Shown here: positions 36,422-49,429 of the stretch, piece after piece | Layout of the letters: each line of letters starts with the position of its first letter | Numbering within the stretch: position 1 is the stretch's first letter | Assembly: GCF_963921235.1 (NCBI RefSeq) | Contig: NC_086097.1 | Span: forward strand, 109,866,001 to 109,930,000 | Origin: Mobula hypostoma | Lineage: Eukaryota | Direction: 5' to 3' | Length of the DNA stretch: 64,000 nucleotides | Program-made: the position numbers and the translations under genes | The notes under the pieces: model-generated | The model's input: only the letters and a program-made list of their open reading frames with translations | Database searches by the model: none | What the model was told of the DNA's origin: nothing

Positions 36422-37609
36422 AGTTAGGAAAGAAGTTGAGAAGCAGGACCTCAAAGGTAGTAATCTCAGGATTACTGCATGTGCCACATGACAGTGAGTA
36501 TGGGAATTGAGTGAGGTAGAGGATAAATGCGTAGCTGAGGGATTGGAGCAGGGGGCAGGGATTCAGATTTCTGGATCATTGGGACCCCTTTTGGGGCAAG
36601 TGTGACCTGTATGAAAAGGACAGGTTGCACTTGAATCCCAGGGGGACCAATATCCTGGTGGGAAGGTTTGCTAAGACTATTGGAGAGAGTTTAAACTAGA
36701 ATTACTGGGAGGTGGGAACCAAACTGAAGAGACGGAGGAAAGTGAGGTTGGCTCACAAATAGAGAGAGTTCGAAAGGAAGGATAGACAGGTGATAGAGAA
36801 GGGATGCACTCAGACCAATGGTTTGAGATGTGTCTATTTTAATGCGAGGAGTATTATGAATAAAACGGATGAGCTTAGAGTGTGGATCAGCACTTGGAGC
36901 TATGATGTTGTGGTCAGTATAGAGACTTGGATGGGGCAGGGGCAGGAATGGCTTCTTCAAGTGCTAGGGAGGAAGGCAAAAGAGATGGGGGTGTGGCACT
37001 GTTGATCAGAGATAGTGTCATGGCTGTAGAAAAGGAGAAAGTCATGGAGGGATTGTCTACAGAGTCTCTGTGGGTGGAAACTAGGAAAAGGAAGGGGTCA
37101 ATAACTCTACTGAATGTTTTTTATAGACCACCCAATAGTAACAGGGACATTGAGAAGCAGATAGGGAGACAGATTCTGCAAAGGTGTAGCTGGTTGTTGT
37201 GGTGGGAGATTTTAATTTCCCAAATATAGATTGGCATCTCCCTAGAGTGAGGGGTTTAGGTGGGGTAGAGTTTGTTAGGTGAGTTCAGGAAGGCTTCTTG
37301 ACACGATATGTAGATAAGCCTACAAGAAGAGAGGCTGTATTTGATCTGGTATTGGGAAATTAACCTAGTCAGGTGTCAGGCCTCTCAGTGGGAGAGCATT
37401 TTGGAGATAGTGATCATAATTCTATCTCCTTTACCATAACATTGCAGAGGGATAGGAACAGACAAGTTAGGGAAACGTTTAATTGGAGTAAGGGGAAATA
37501 TAAGGCTATCAGGCAGGAACTTGGAAGCATAAATTGGAAACAGATGTTCTCAGGAAAATATATGGAAGAAATGTGGCAAATGTTCAAGGGATATTTGCGT
37601 GAGGTTCTG

Positions 37610-37962
37610 CATTATCAAGGATGCATCTCATCCTAACTATGGACTTTTTATTCTCCTCCCATCCGGTCGGTGCTACTAGAGCCTCTGCTCCCACACCAAC
37701 AGGCTCAGGAAGAGCTTCTTCCCTGAGGCTGCGACTGTGCTGAACCTCTCATCACAGCGCTAAGCAGTATTGCACCCATATTGTACTGTTTCAGTACTTT
37801 CATAATTGTGTTCTGTAGCACTTACTTTTTATTTGCAGTTATTTTGTAAATAATACTATCCTTTTGCACTTCTGGTCAGATGCTAATTGCATTTCATTGG
37901 CTTTGTTTCTGTACTTGGCACAATGACATAAAAAGCTGAATCTAATCTAATCTAATCAAATC
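37610..37962 (+). mobile_element. Rex1/Babar-type 3' fragment inserted in CR1
   Basis: IIKDASHP..LLPSGR..SFFP-type end, (AATCT)n tail; host rejoins as gttctgcat|aggtacgttcc. Confidence 0.8.
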
Positions 37963-39076
37963 ATAGGTACGTTCCAATGAGACAGGGAAAATATGGTAGG
38001 GCACAGGAACCGTGGTGTACAAAGGCTGTTATAAATCTAGTCAAGAAGAAAAGAAGAGCTTATGAAAGGTTCAAAAAACTAGGTAGTGATAGCGATCTAG
38101 ATGATTATAAGGCTAGCAGGAAGGAGCTTAAGAAAGAAATTAGGAAAGCCAGAAGGGGCCATGAGAAGGACTTGGCAGACAGGATTAAGGAAAACCCCAA
38201 GGTATTCTATAATTATGTGGAAAGCAAGAGGATAAGACATGACAGAATAGGACCAATCATGTGTGACAGTGGAAAAGTGTGTATGGAACCAGAGGAGATA
38301 GCAGAGGTACTTAATGAATACTTTGCTTCAGTATTCCCTATGGAAAAGGATCTTGGCAATTGTAGGGATGACTTGCAGCGGACTGAAAAGCTTAAGCATG
38401 TAGATATTAAGGAAGAGGATGTGCTGGAGCTTTTGGAAAGCATCAAGTTGGATAAGTCACCAGGACCAGATGGGATGTACCCCATGCTACTGTGGGAAGT
38501 GAGAGAGGAGATTGCTGAGCCTCTGGCGATTATCTTTGCATCATCACTAAGGATGGGAGAGGTTCCGCAGGATTGGAGGGTTGCGGATGTTGTTCCCTTA
38601 TTCAAGAAAGGGAGTAGAGATAGCCCAGGAAATTATAGACCTGTGAGTCTATAAACTGGGCTGAGAAGTGGCAGATGGAGTTTAACCCAGATAAGGGTGA
38701 GGTGGTTCATTTTGGTAGGTCAAATATGATGGCAGAATATAGTATTAATGGTAAGACTCTTGGTAATGTGGAGGATCAGAGGGATCTTGGGGTCCGAGTC
38801 TATAGGACACTCAAAGCTGCTACGCAGGTTGACTCTATGGTTAAGAAGCCATACGGAGCATTGGCCTTCATCAACTATAGGATTGAGTTTAAGAGCCGAG
38901 AGGTAATGTTGCAGCTACATAGGACCCTGGTCAGACCCCACCTGGAGTACTGTGCTCAATTCTGGTCGCCTCACTACAGGAAGGATGTGGAAACCATAGA
39001 AAGGGTGCAGAGGAGATTTACAAGGATGTTGCCTGCATTAGGAAGCATGCCTTATGAGAATAGGTTGAGTGAACTC

Positions 39077-39368
39077 GCAAACACGAGGAAATCTGCAGAT
39101 GCTGGAATTTCAAGCAACACACTTAAAAGTTGCTGGTGAACGCAGCAGGCCAGGCAGCATCTCTAGGGAGAGGTACAGTCAATGTTTCGGGCCATGACCC
39201 TTTGTCAGGACTAACTGAAATAAGAACTAGTTATAGATCCACTTTCAAATCTCTTACTAGTTCTTCCTTCAGTGAGTCCTGACGAAGGGTCTCGGTCTGA
39301 AATGTCGACTGTACCTCTTCCTAGAGATGCTGCCTGGCCTGCTGTGTTCACCAGCAACTTTGATGTGT
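39077..39368. mobile_element. Penelope pLTR-only fold-back insertion with a 13-bp TSD
   Basis: GTTGAGTGAACTC at 39064-39076 and 39369-39381; ~115-bp inverted arms, each with a hammerhead-like motif. Confidence 0.88.
39275..39310 (+). ncRNA. Minimal hammerhead ribozyme motif
   Basis: AGTC-CTGACGA-A-GGG-TCTCGG-TCT-GAAATGTC-GACT: core boxes intact, helix I AGTC/GACT, helix II weakened to G-U pairs. Confidence 0.65.
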
Positions 39369-40509
39369 GTTGAGTGAACTCAGCCATTTCTCCTTGGAGC
39401 AACGGAGGATGAGAGGTGACCTGATGGAGGTGTACAAGTTGATGAGAGGCATTGATCGTGTGGATAGTTGGAGGCTTTTCCCAGGGCTGAAATGGCTAGC
39501 ACGAGAGGGCATAGTTTTAAGGTTCCTGAAAGCAGATACAGAGGAGATATTAGGGGTAAGTTTTTTTACGCAGAGAGTAGTGAGCGCGTAGAATACGCTG
39601 CTGGTGGTGGTGGTGGAGGCAGAAACGATAGGGTCTTTTAAGAGACTCCTGGATAGGTACATGGAGCTTAGAAAAATAGAGGGCTATGGGTAAGCCTAGG
39701 TAGCTCTAAGGTAAGGACATATTCGGCACAGCTTTGTGGGCCGAAGGGCCTGTATTGTGCTGTAGGTTTTCTATATTTCTAATGAGCCTTGGGAGCAATG
39801 AAATATTGAAACCTGGAAGCATGTCGCAAGACCAATCCAGGTCTTCCATGCAGTAATGTAATTTGCAGCCTTGTTACAATCTCCAGGTCTATGCATCTTG
39901 CATTATGATCAATGTAACCTCAGTGGCACATCAATTCACAGCATAATGGCATAAAATGGGAGCTATCTCTCAAGGGTCAATAAAACCCAACTGCACCCTC
40001 TGTCAAGAAGAAAATTGGCATAACCTAAGCTTTTTTGGTACTTTCAGCTATTTCTACTTTTTTGGATTGAAACTTTTCCACAACCATTTGGTTATGAACA
40101 ATAATGTGCCTTTATTTAATACCTGCAGCCACATAAATTGCCCCACAGTTGTACATAGCATTATTAAACAAATTTTCATAAAGGAACATAAGAGTCAAAT
40201 AATAATACAGAGCTCTTAAGGAGTAGCGTAGAGGACAGGAGTGTGTAGTATTATGAAATAAATTTTAAGGCAGAGGACCAAATAAACTAAGACAATGATG
40301 AACCATGGTGAGCAAGGAAGATCAGTAATGTGGAAGTGCAGAAAACACAAAGGTATAGAGGACTGAGAAAAGATCTCAGAGTCAAAAGTCACATTAACAG
40401 GTCTTTCAGCTCATTAAGTGAATGCAGACCATCAACCAGATTTTAATGCTAACTCTACTCGTATCCTATTTTCAAAGATCAAAGGTTATTGTGGAAAACA
40501 ATTCCCCAT

Positions 40510-40800
40510 GATGTAGGTAGCATAGCAGTTAGTGGAACCCTTTACACCACCTAGGATCAGGGTTCAGTTCGTGACACTGTCTGTGAGGAGTTTGTACATT
40601 TTCCCTGTGATTGTGTGGGTCTCTTCCAGGTGTTCTGGTTTCCCCACACGTTCCAAAGATGAACAGGTTATAGTTAGTTGCTTGTGGGCATTCTTTGTTG
40701 GCAGCAGATTCATGGCATCACTTGTGGGCTGCTCCCAGCACATCCTCAGAAAGGGAAATGAGGCTTCTCACTGCATGTTTCGATACACATGTGACAAATT
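40510..40800 (+). mobile_element. HE1/V-SINE-like element
   Basis: gtagcatagcagttag...gggttcagttc...ggagtttgtacattttccctgtgattgtgtgggtctcttccaggtgttctggtttccccacacgttccaaag. Confidence 0.7.
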
Positions 40801-42800
40801 AGGAGCATGCAAGGAATAGAAGATTAGCTAACAGACAAAGTCAATGTGGCTTTGTCAAAGGAAAATCACGTTTATTATCGTCTTTTGAAGAAGTAACGTA
40901 TGCTATGAATAAAGGCAAATTTGTAGGTGTCCACAAGATTTCCAGGAGTGATCTAAAAAGGGGTTCATATGAAAGGTTATTGTGTTATATCTAAATTTAA
41001 GGTGCAGAAGGGGATTCATTGCCATGGAGAGAAGAGTGGATTGTAACAGGAGACAGTAAGCATTACGGATCATTTTCTGGTTGGCAAGATTTGCCTTGTG
41101 GTGTGCTACAGGAATCAGTGCTCACTTCAATATTTCACAATTTATATAACTGACTAAGGCGAAGACACCTAAAGACATCTGAGAGGCATAGCTGCTAAAT
41201 TTGCTGATGGGTAAGTATGTGGTAATGAAGCCACAACAGAACAGTTTGGTTTAAGTGAGTGACCAAAAAAATCTAGTAAATGCAAAATAATGTAAGAAAA
41301 TGTGGAATTATCCATTTTGAAGGAACGCAATTTGTCTCACTGCTAAGAGATTGCATAGTTCTGTGATGGTCAGAGATCTAGTGAGCAATAGCCCAGGTAC
41401 AAATATATCGCACATAATTTGGAAGGCTAACAGAATGTGGTTTATTGCTACAGGAGTGAAATTTTAAAATTTCAAGGGTCTGCTTCATTGATGAGATCAC
41501 ATCTGAAGTAACGATGTGGAAGTATGTAATGCATTTGAGTCAGCTGGGAAATGATTTACCCAAATAATTACAGAGAAGAGGTAGAGTATCTTATGAGGAA
41601 AGGCTGGGTAAGCTAAGTCTTGCATCTGCCTGGAGTTCAGAAGAGTGAAAGGGGGTGACTGAAAAATATAAGATCCTGAGCAGTCTTGACAGGATGGAGA
41701 TTTTGTTTTCTTAAGGAAGAAAGTTTAGAAGTAGTAATCACAGTTTTAAAAAAGGTTTAAAAGGTACGAGAGGGCGTACAGGAGTGAGATATGCCAACTA
41801 GTGGAACGGTGCCGCAGCAACAACCTGGCACTCAACATCAGTAAGATGAAAGATCTGATTATGGACTTCAGGAAGGATAAGACAAAGGAACACATACCAT
41901 TCCTCACAGAGGGATCAGAAGTGGAGAGAGTGAGCAACTTCAAGTTCCTGGGTGTCAAGATCTATGAGGATCTAACCAAGTCCCAACATATTGATGTAGT
42001 CATTAAGAAAGCAAGACAGCAGCTATACATTATTAGGAGTTTGAAGACATTTGGTATGTCAAGAAATACACTCAAAAACTTCTATAGTTGTACTGTGGAG
42101 AGCATTCTGACAGGCTGCATCACTGTCTGGTATGGAGGGGCTACTGCATAGGACTGAAAGAAGCTGCAGAAGGCTGTAAATCTAGTCAGCTCCATCTTGG
42201 GCACTAGCCTACAAAGTACCCAGGACATCTTTAGGGAGCGGTGTCTCAGAAAGGCAGCATCCATTATTAAGGACCTCCAGCACCCAGGGCATGCCCTTTT
42301 CTCACTTTTACTATCAGGTAGGAGATACAGAAACCTGAAGGCACACACTCAGCAATTCAGGAACAGCTTCTTCCCCTCTACCATCCGATTCCTAAATGGA
42401 CATTGAAGCTTTGGACACGACCTCACTTTTTTAATATACAGTATTTCTGTTTTTGCATATTTTTAAAAATCTATTCAATATATGTAATTGATTTACTTGT
42501 TTGTTTATTATTGTTTTATATTTTTTTTTCCTCTTTCTGCTAAATTATGTATTGCATTGAACTGCTGCTGCTAAGTTAACAAATTTCACGTCACATGCCA
42601 GTGATAACAAACCTGATTCTGATTCTGTTTATCCATTCAAGAGAGCAAAGAGTTGAAGATTCCTCTCTGAAGTTTATGATTTCTGATTTCATTCAGATAA
42701 AAGCTTAAAACAGGAACAGGGAAATGCAGAGCTGAAGTTACAATCAAATAAGCAGACTCAAATGACCAAGCAGTACAATCCTGTTTATATTTTGCATATT
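40800..42800 (+). mobile_element. Very old CR1 RT/3' relic hosting a Rex element
   Basis: Decayed ggctttgtcaaaggaaaatcacg, ctacaggaatcagtgct and aaatttgctgatg motifs. Confidence 0.65.
41762..42626 (+). mobile_element. Rex1/Babar 3' portion
   Basis: NNLALNISKMKDLIMDFRK, EVERVSNFKFLGV, KARQQLY, HPGHALFSLLLSGRRYR, FRNSFFP; (GATTCT)n tail. Confidence 0.92.
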
Positions 42801-44782
42801 TGTATAACATTTACAGAAATATTACCATTCATTACAGTCAGAGTTCACTTGTATCTTGCCATTACATCTGGCACTGCCTCTGCAAGCTCAAGCTCAGCAG
42901 GACAGCAGACATTACAGGCTTCTTAGGCTGTCCCTCAGGGTTGCAGATGACTTGAAGATGGAGTTCAGTGACTTCCGAGGTCTATGTAGGACTTATAACT
43001 TCTGTCAAGATGGGTAAAAGGAGCTTGATGAAATGGTCCGTTTGGAAGAAAGTTTTCTCCTCCCACTGTGTTTACTGTATTTCTGCACTCAACAAAGGAA
43101 TTCAAGGCTTTAACGCTCTCCTTAATGCTCTTTCTCAGCTTTGAATGGCCAAGCATCAGTAGGAAGGTAAACATCTATTCAAAGGCTTTGAGAACATCTA
43201 TGAATCATCTCCCCCGTCCAGTGATCCAATATCCACTCTTGCCTCTCTTTTACTCTTTATACATTTGAAAAATCTTTTTGTATCCTCTTTTATATTATTG
43301 ACTAGCTTCATGTTTCACTTTTTCTCTTCTTATGGCTTTTTAGTTGCCTTCTGTTGATATTTAAAAGCTTCCCAACCCTTTGGCTCCCAACATCCAAACT
43401 TGTATCAAGGAAATGGCAAGAGCTTTTTGTGAGGAAGAAAATCTTAAAAATGGGTTAATATGAACATATGATATGGACATTGATGCATCATCACATTTAT
43501 GGAAAAATTATCATGGTAGCAGTCCTTTGTGGTTTCAGAAATGTGTGTAGCTGATTGTAAGGAAGTGAGTAATCTAAAGCAAAAATCACCCAGAAACACT
43601 TACATTGGGAAGTTCTCAGTGTGTCTTTGAGCATTGGATCAAGGAGAGCTCTTCTAGCATTGGTAATCTATTGCCACATCAAAGCTTGGAATTTCAGAAA
43701 TCCAGGATCAACATTCCTTGCCCTCAAGATCTGGCTGAGTGGAACCAGATTCACGTTGCTGAGAATGCTATCTTGGGTGAGAATGGTGGTGTTGGTTTGC
43801 TGTGGATATAGAACATTTTGTGGAAATAGTACTAGGTAGTATCCCTCCAGTGCAATGAGCTATGACCTGTAGATAAGCCAGGTCTCAGAATCACACGGGA
43901 CAGCAGAAATCACTGCTATCCTGTCCAATGTGAATGTTGCGCCAAGGTTGAGATTTTGATTTTTAAATGCCCTCATCCTTAGTAGGCCGGTAATTGTGCT
44001 GTCACAATAGAACAGGAAGAATTTTATCTGCAATATCCGCCTTTGCTGACAGGTGGCTGTTGGGTAATGAGAGAGTGATTTAGTGTTACTGGAGTTTTAA
44101 TGTGGACCTTTATTATCCCAGGTAAAAGGGGAGGAAGTATCTAGAGTATGACATTTTTAGTACAGGCTGGTTGATTTAGAACTTTTGGTTTGTAAAGACT
44201 TCATGTAAATGTCTATTATGTTATATGTTTAAATCTCACATATACAAGCTTTGTCTATGTATTGTTGCTCTTTGACTTCAACTTGAGTGAACAATAGTTC
44301 TGTAGTATATGAGATGCAGAATAAACAGCTTTCCATTTGTAAAGTAGATTAGACACACTCCAGCACAGTGCTTGTCCAAGCAAGGCTCACCACTGCAGCA
44401 AAAACAAAGCATTGAGAAAAGTTTTGGGCATAGATGGAGCTTTGTTTGAAGCTCTGCTCTATTATGGGTGTCTCCCATTGGATAGAACATGTGTTTTGTT
44501 GTATTTTTACAGTTTCTCACTGCAAAACTTTCATCAGAATTTAAATGCTGACCCTTCCTTTTTTATAGAATTATTTCTGACCTGGTAATTACTTACAGAA
44601 TTTTCTGCCTTTCATTTCAGATTTCCAGCATTGGCAGTTACTTTTATCTATTTTCAGAACCCTAACTTTCATTGCCTCCAGTATAAAACCCATTTAACAG
44701 TGCAGGAGTTAACATGTTTTCAAGAGCACACTGGAGTGCTAAGGAAGTATTCAGCAGTTGTGGGCTGTGGACACATCCAAAA

Positions 44783-45143
44783 GACCATAAGACCATAAGA
44801 TATAGGAGCAGAAGTAGGCTTTCGGCCATTGACTCTGCTTCGCCATTCGATCATGAGCTGATCCAGTTCTTCCAGTCATCCCCATTCCCCTGCCTTCTCC
44901 CCATACCCTTTGATGCCCTGGCTAATCAAGAACCTATCTATCTCTGCCTTAACTGCACCCATTGACTTGGCCTCCACAGCCACTCGTGGCAACAAATTCC
45001 ACAGATTTACCACCCTCTGACTAAAGTAATTTCTCCGCATCTCTGTTCTAAATAGACGTCCTTCAGTCCTGAAGGCGTGTCCTCTTGTCCTAAACTCTAC
45101 TACCAATGGGAAGTAACTTTGCCATATTTAATCTGTTCAGGCC
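44783..45143 (-). mobile_element. CR1 3' fragment
   Basis: RGHAFRTEGRLFRTEMRRNYFSQRVVNLWN; (AGACCATA)n tail; same subfamily end as 62200-62580. Confidence 0.9.
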
Positions 45144-45864
45144 ATCGCTGTGGCCTTCCTTGTTGTGGACCAGATCCGTGATGAAGTCAACTAATCCAGA
45201 TAATGCAGCAACTGTTTGGACTCTCTTCAGTGCTTGAAAATATGTTTAATCCTTTAGTGATACAGTAGGGGGACATTATGGTGCAATTGATGGCACTGCA
45301 GATTCAGCATCTTGGGTTCAACCCTGCCCTCAGGTGCTAGCTGTGTTTGTGTCCCCCCCCCCCGACAGTGTAGATTTCCTCCCACGCCTAGAGACATGTG
45401 AGTTAGTAGGTTCATTACCGTAAATTGTCCCCCAGGGTGTTGACGAGTGGCAAAACCTGATGGGAGTGGCCCATCAACTCAGAAATGGGTCGTGGCCCAT
45501 CATGTCCATGCCAACCATTTTGTCACCAACAATAATCAGTAAGCCTTGGCTTCTTCGAAACAGCTGGCACCAAGGCAGTATTACTGAGAGGTACTACATT
45601 TCTGAAATTGTAGAGCATGTGAAACTGGGCAGGCCAGCAATCATTCTGTTCCAGGGTCCCTTGGATCCAAATCGCCTACTGCTTTATCTACGACTTTGTG
45701 TTCAAAACCATTCCTTCACATAGCGGATCAAACAAGCTAGTATGATCGCTGTTATGCCTTACTAATACAAGAACTTTTATAGATTTTCCTAAAACTTCAT
45801 AGCTTGGAAGCTGAAAGGTAAAACATTGTACTGGGAATTAGGAGAAAGGCAATCCTAAACTTCA

Positions 45865-46372
45865 CTCTGTCCCCCAAACCAGCTCCTGCCAGGACCCCAT
45901 CCCCTGCACCGGCTGCTGTTGGGTTCCTATCCCCTGGTTCCCACCTAGGGTGCTGCCAAATTTCAAAGTATGAAGTTCAAAGTAAATTTAATTATCAAAG
46001 CACATAGATGTCACCATATACAAACCTGAGATTAATTTTCTTGGGGTCCCTGTCTCCAAAGCTGTTACTATAGGTCCTCATCCCCTGCACCGGCTGCTGT
46101 TGGGTCTCATCCCTTGAGCCAGTACTATAGGACCCTGCACCCACACTGGGTACTGCTGGGATCCCGTCCCCAGAGATAGTACTATAGATTCCCATCCCCA
46201 GACTGGGTGCTGCTGGGTCCCCGTCCCCTGAACAAGTAATATAGGATCCCATCCCCACACTGGGTGCTGCTGGGTCCCCATCCCCTGAGCCGATACTATA
46301 GGACCCTGTCCCCACACTAGGTATTGTTAGGTCCCTGTCCCCAGAGCTGGTACCATAGATTCCCATCCCCGG
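45865..46372. repeat. 57-bp minisatellite (dimer of ~28/29-bp subunits), interrupted at ~45960-46040 by a retroelement tail
   Basis: About 6 units of ggatcccatccccacactgggtgctgct-gggtccccatcccctgagccgatactata; 19-aa periodicity in ORF 45995-46390. Confidence 0.85.
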
Positions 46373-46634
46373 ACGCGAATCACTTGGCATGATTATAATG
46401 TTGTCATGTTAAGGAAGTTGACATTATAACAAACAAAATGACTGAAAAAAATTACCCCAGATTTCAGTTCATATACATGTGGAAGTTACTGATTATTTTT
46501 CTATTCTAATAGTGTTGTTTTCAGAATATTTGGGCAGATTGTGGTGATCCTAGGGAATTGTTGGGTGGTTGTGAAAATAATGACTGTTCCACTCAGTCTA
46601 CAGCAGAATTTTAAGTTTAAGACATTTTTTTTTT

Positions 46635-46890
46635 TGTTTCGAGATGCCTCATGGTAACAGGCCCTTCCATCCCAGTGAGCCTGCATCACTCAATTACATC
46701 CTTTCGACTGAGTAACCAACTAACCTATACGTCTTTGGAATGTGGGAGGAAACCAGAACTCCCGGAGGAAACCAGAACTCCCGGAGGAAACCCACTGGGA
46801 GAACGTACAAACTTCTTAAAGACCACAGCAGAACTGAACCCATATGGCCAGCACCGTAATATTATTACGTTACCATGCTGCCCTATGTTG
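46635..46890 (-). mobile_element. HE1/V-SINE-like element with a 19-bp tandem duplication
   Basis: gtctttggaatgtgggaggaaacc...; ggaggaaaccagaactccc twice at 46745-46782. Confidence 0.75.
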
Positions 46891-47049
46891 ACATGCCGCC
46901 CTGACATGTTGTAAAATAAAGCATGGGATCAGAGAACATTTGTGGCACAGAGAAAGGTTATTTAGGTTAAAAGCGAGCCACCCAGTCTCATACCGTTTGC
47001 CACATGCTTTATGGATTATACTTTTCTAGTATACGTCCAATTACCTATT

Positions 47050-48960
47050 TAAGCTAATGTTACAGTGATCACGGGGGACTTCAATATGCAGGTAGACTGG
47101 GGGAAAATCAGCATGGTAGTGGACCTCAAAAAAGGAACTTGTGGAATGTCTATGAGATGGCTTTTCCAAGCCACTTCTGATAGAGCCCAAAATGGAACAG
47201 ACAATCTCAGATTTGGCGTGGTATGAGGCAGACTTGACAAGGGAGCTGTAGGTGAAGGATCCCTTGGGAAGCAGTGCCCATAATATTATAGGCATCTTGC
47301 TGTAGTTTGAGGGGGAGAAGCTGAAATCAGATGTAATGGCATTACAGTTGAGTAATGGTAAGGCAGACTCATGAGAAGGAGCTGGCCAAAGCTGAGTGCA
47401 AGGAGACATCAGAGCAGCAATGGCTGGAGTTTCTGGGAGCAATTCGGGACGAAAAGCAAACTTTTACCCCAAAGAAGAAGAAACACTCTAAGGCAGGGTT
47501 CCCAACCTTTTTAATGCCATTGACCCCCTTACCATTAATTGAGGGATCCATCGTCAACCCCACGTTGGGAACCACTGCTCTAAAGGGAGGATGAAGCAAC
47601 CACTGTTGACAAGGGAAGTTAGGGACAGTATAAAACAAAAGGGAGGCATAAAATATTGCAAAGATTAGTGTGAAACCAGAGAACTGGAAAGCCTTTAACA
47701 ACAGGACAACTGAAAAGGCATTGGGTGTGGGGCAGGGGTAGAGAAGACAAAATATGTGGGTAAACTAGCCATAACGTAAAAATATCAGAAGTTATTTTTT
47801 CAGAAACATGGGGTAAGAGAGAGTCAACAGTGGAACATGATGTTGGAGAAGTAGTAATGGACAAAAGTATTGGCAGACCAACTGAATAGATACTTTGTGT
47901 CAGTTCTGACAGTGATGTGCCAGAAATTCAAGAGAGTCGGGGCAGAGGTGAGTGTAGTGGCTGTTACTAAGGAGAAGGTGCTTCCAGAAGCTAAAAGCCC
48001 AGAAGGTAAATAAATCATCTGGATCAGATGGACCTCAACTTTTCTATTTATATGTTAATGATCTGGATGAAGGAACTGATGGCATTGTGGCCAAGTTTGC
48101 AGAGAATACAACAATAAGCAGAGGAACAGGTCATGTAGTCAAGGCAAGAAGTTTGTAGAAGGACTTGGAATGAGGGCAAAGAAATGGCAGGCAGAGTACA
48201 GCAGACAGAAGTGTGTGGTAGGAAGAATATAGGTTATTTTCTAAATGGGTGAGAATGCAGAAATCAGGGGTGCAAAGAATTCCCTCAATATTAACTTGCA
48301 GGGTGAGTTGGTAGTAAGGAAAGCAAAAGGAATATAATCATCAATTTTGAGAAGACTAGAGTATAAAAGCAATCATGGCATTATATGGCATCAGTCAGAC
48401 CACATTTGAAATATTGTGAGCAGTTTTGTGCTCCATATCCAGGAGAAGATGTACTGGCCTTGGAAACAGTCCAGGGTAGGACCACAAGAATGACTCTGGA
48501 ATGGAAAGTTTAACATATGATGAGTGTTTGATAGCACTGCGCCTGGTACTTGATGGAGATCATAAAGATGACTAGAGAATCTCATTGAACCTTACCAAGT
48601 ATTGAAAGACCTGGATAGAGTGGACCTGTAGAGGATACTTCCATTAGTAGAAAAGTCTAGGATCCAAGGGCATAGCCTCAGAATAAAAGAATGTCCCTTT
48701 AGAACTGAGAGAAGGAGGAATTTTATCACCCAAAGAGTGGTGAATCCGTGGAACTCATCGCCATAGAGAACTTTGGAGGCCAAGTCATGAGGTATATTCT
48801 AAAGTAGATATTGATAGATTCTTGAATGGTAAATCAGTTAAAAGTTGTGGGAAGAAGGCAGGAGAATGGAATTGGAAAGAAAATTAGCTATGATTGAATG
48901 AAGAAGCAGGCTCAGTGGGCCAAATAGCCTAATTCTTCTCCTATATCTCATGTTCTTATG
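47050..48960 (+). mobile_element. Old, internally deleted CR1 LINE
   Basis: GDFN (ggggacttcaatatg), cagaccaactgaatagatacttt, aagtttgcagag, CR1 3' UTR ending tctcctatatctcatgttcttatg. Confidence 0.8.
47494..47577. mobile_element. 84-bp hAT-Charlie MITE
   Basis: TIRs CAGGGTTCCCAAC / GTTGGGAACCACTG; TSD CTCTAAGG / CTCTAAAG. Confidence 0.85.
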
Positions 48961-49429
48961 TACAGTCAAAAGAGATTTAGTTTAATTCAACTTCATGTTC
49001 ATTACAGACATTGCGGACCCTAGGTGTTTGTTGCTGTACTATACTGTTCTATGTTCTAATGACAAACTTGTTATTATTCATACCATTTTTGTATTCCAGA
49101 TTATACAGATACCTAAATTCAATTCCCCAAATATAATTGAATTTGAAGGCATCTATGCTTTCAAGTGCAGTTCTGCGTAACTGGCATATTGTATTATATG
49201 CAATTCCTATCCAGTGACTGGCATCCGAACCAAGGCCTGTAATGCCCATACCAATCTCAGTCGATCTGTCTGAGAGCATCTCTCAATAATCACTCTCCTC
49301 CCCTATCCAGCAACAGAACTGCAAGAGCTGCATTTTCCTATTCGGACTTGCACTGTTTCTAAGGCCTAGAAATCACTCCTCCAAACCAAACAAATGCACA
49401 AAGTAACTTAATATGCAACTGAATCAGAC

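Larger units (their letters stand above)
36422..39783 (+). mobile_element. CR1 family B (ORF1 end, APE, part of RT, tail) with an internal deletion at ~38651 and two nested inserts
   Basis: Collinear with 5415-8853; GNYRPVSL is joined directly to NWAEKWQM; tail ttttctatatttcta. Confidence 0.92.

Noticed and set aside
36422..36487. Apparent novel N-terminus (MAHAVILRLLPLRSCFSTSFL) on the 388-aa ORF
   Set aside because: It is the antisense of CR1 family-B ORF1 read through the junction; the same peptide appears in ORF 5190-5480.
46040..46372. CRISPR-like or other prokaryotic array
   Set aside because: Contiguous degenerate tandem units with no unique spacers, no cas genes, and a eukaryotic context.
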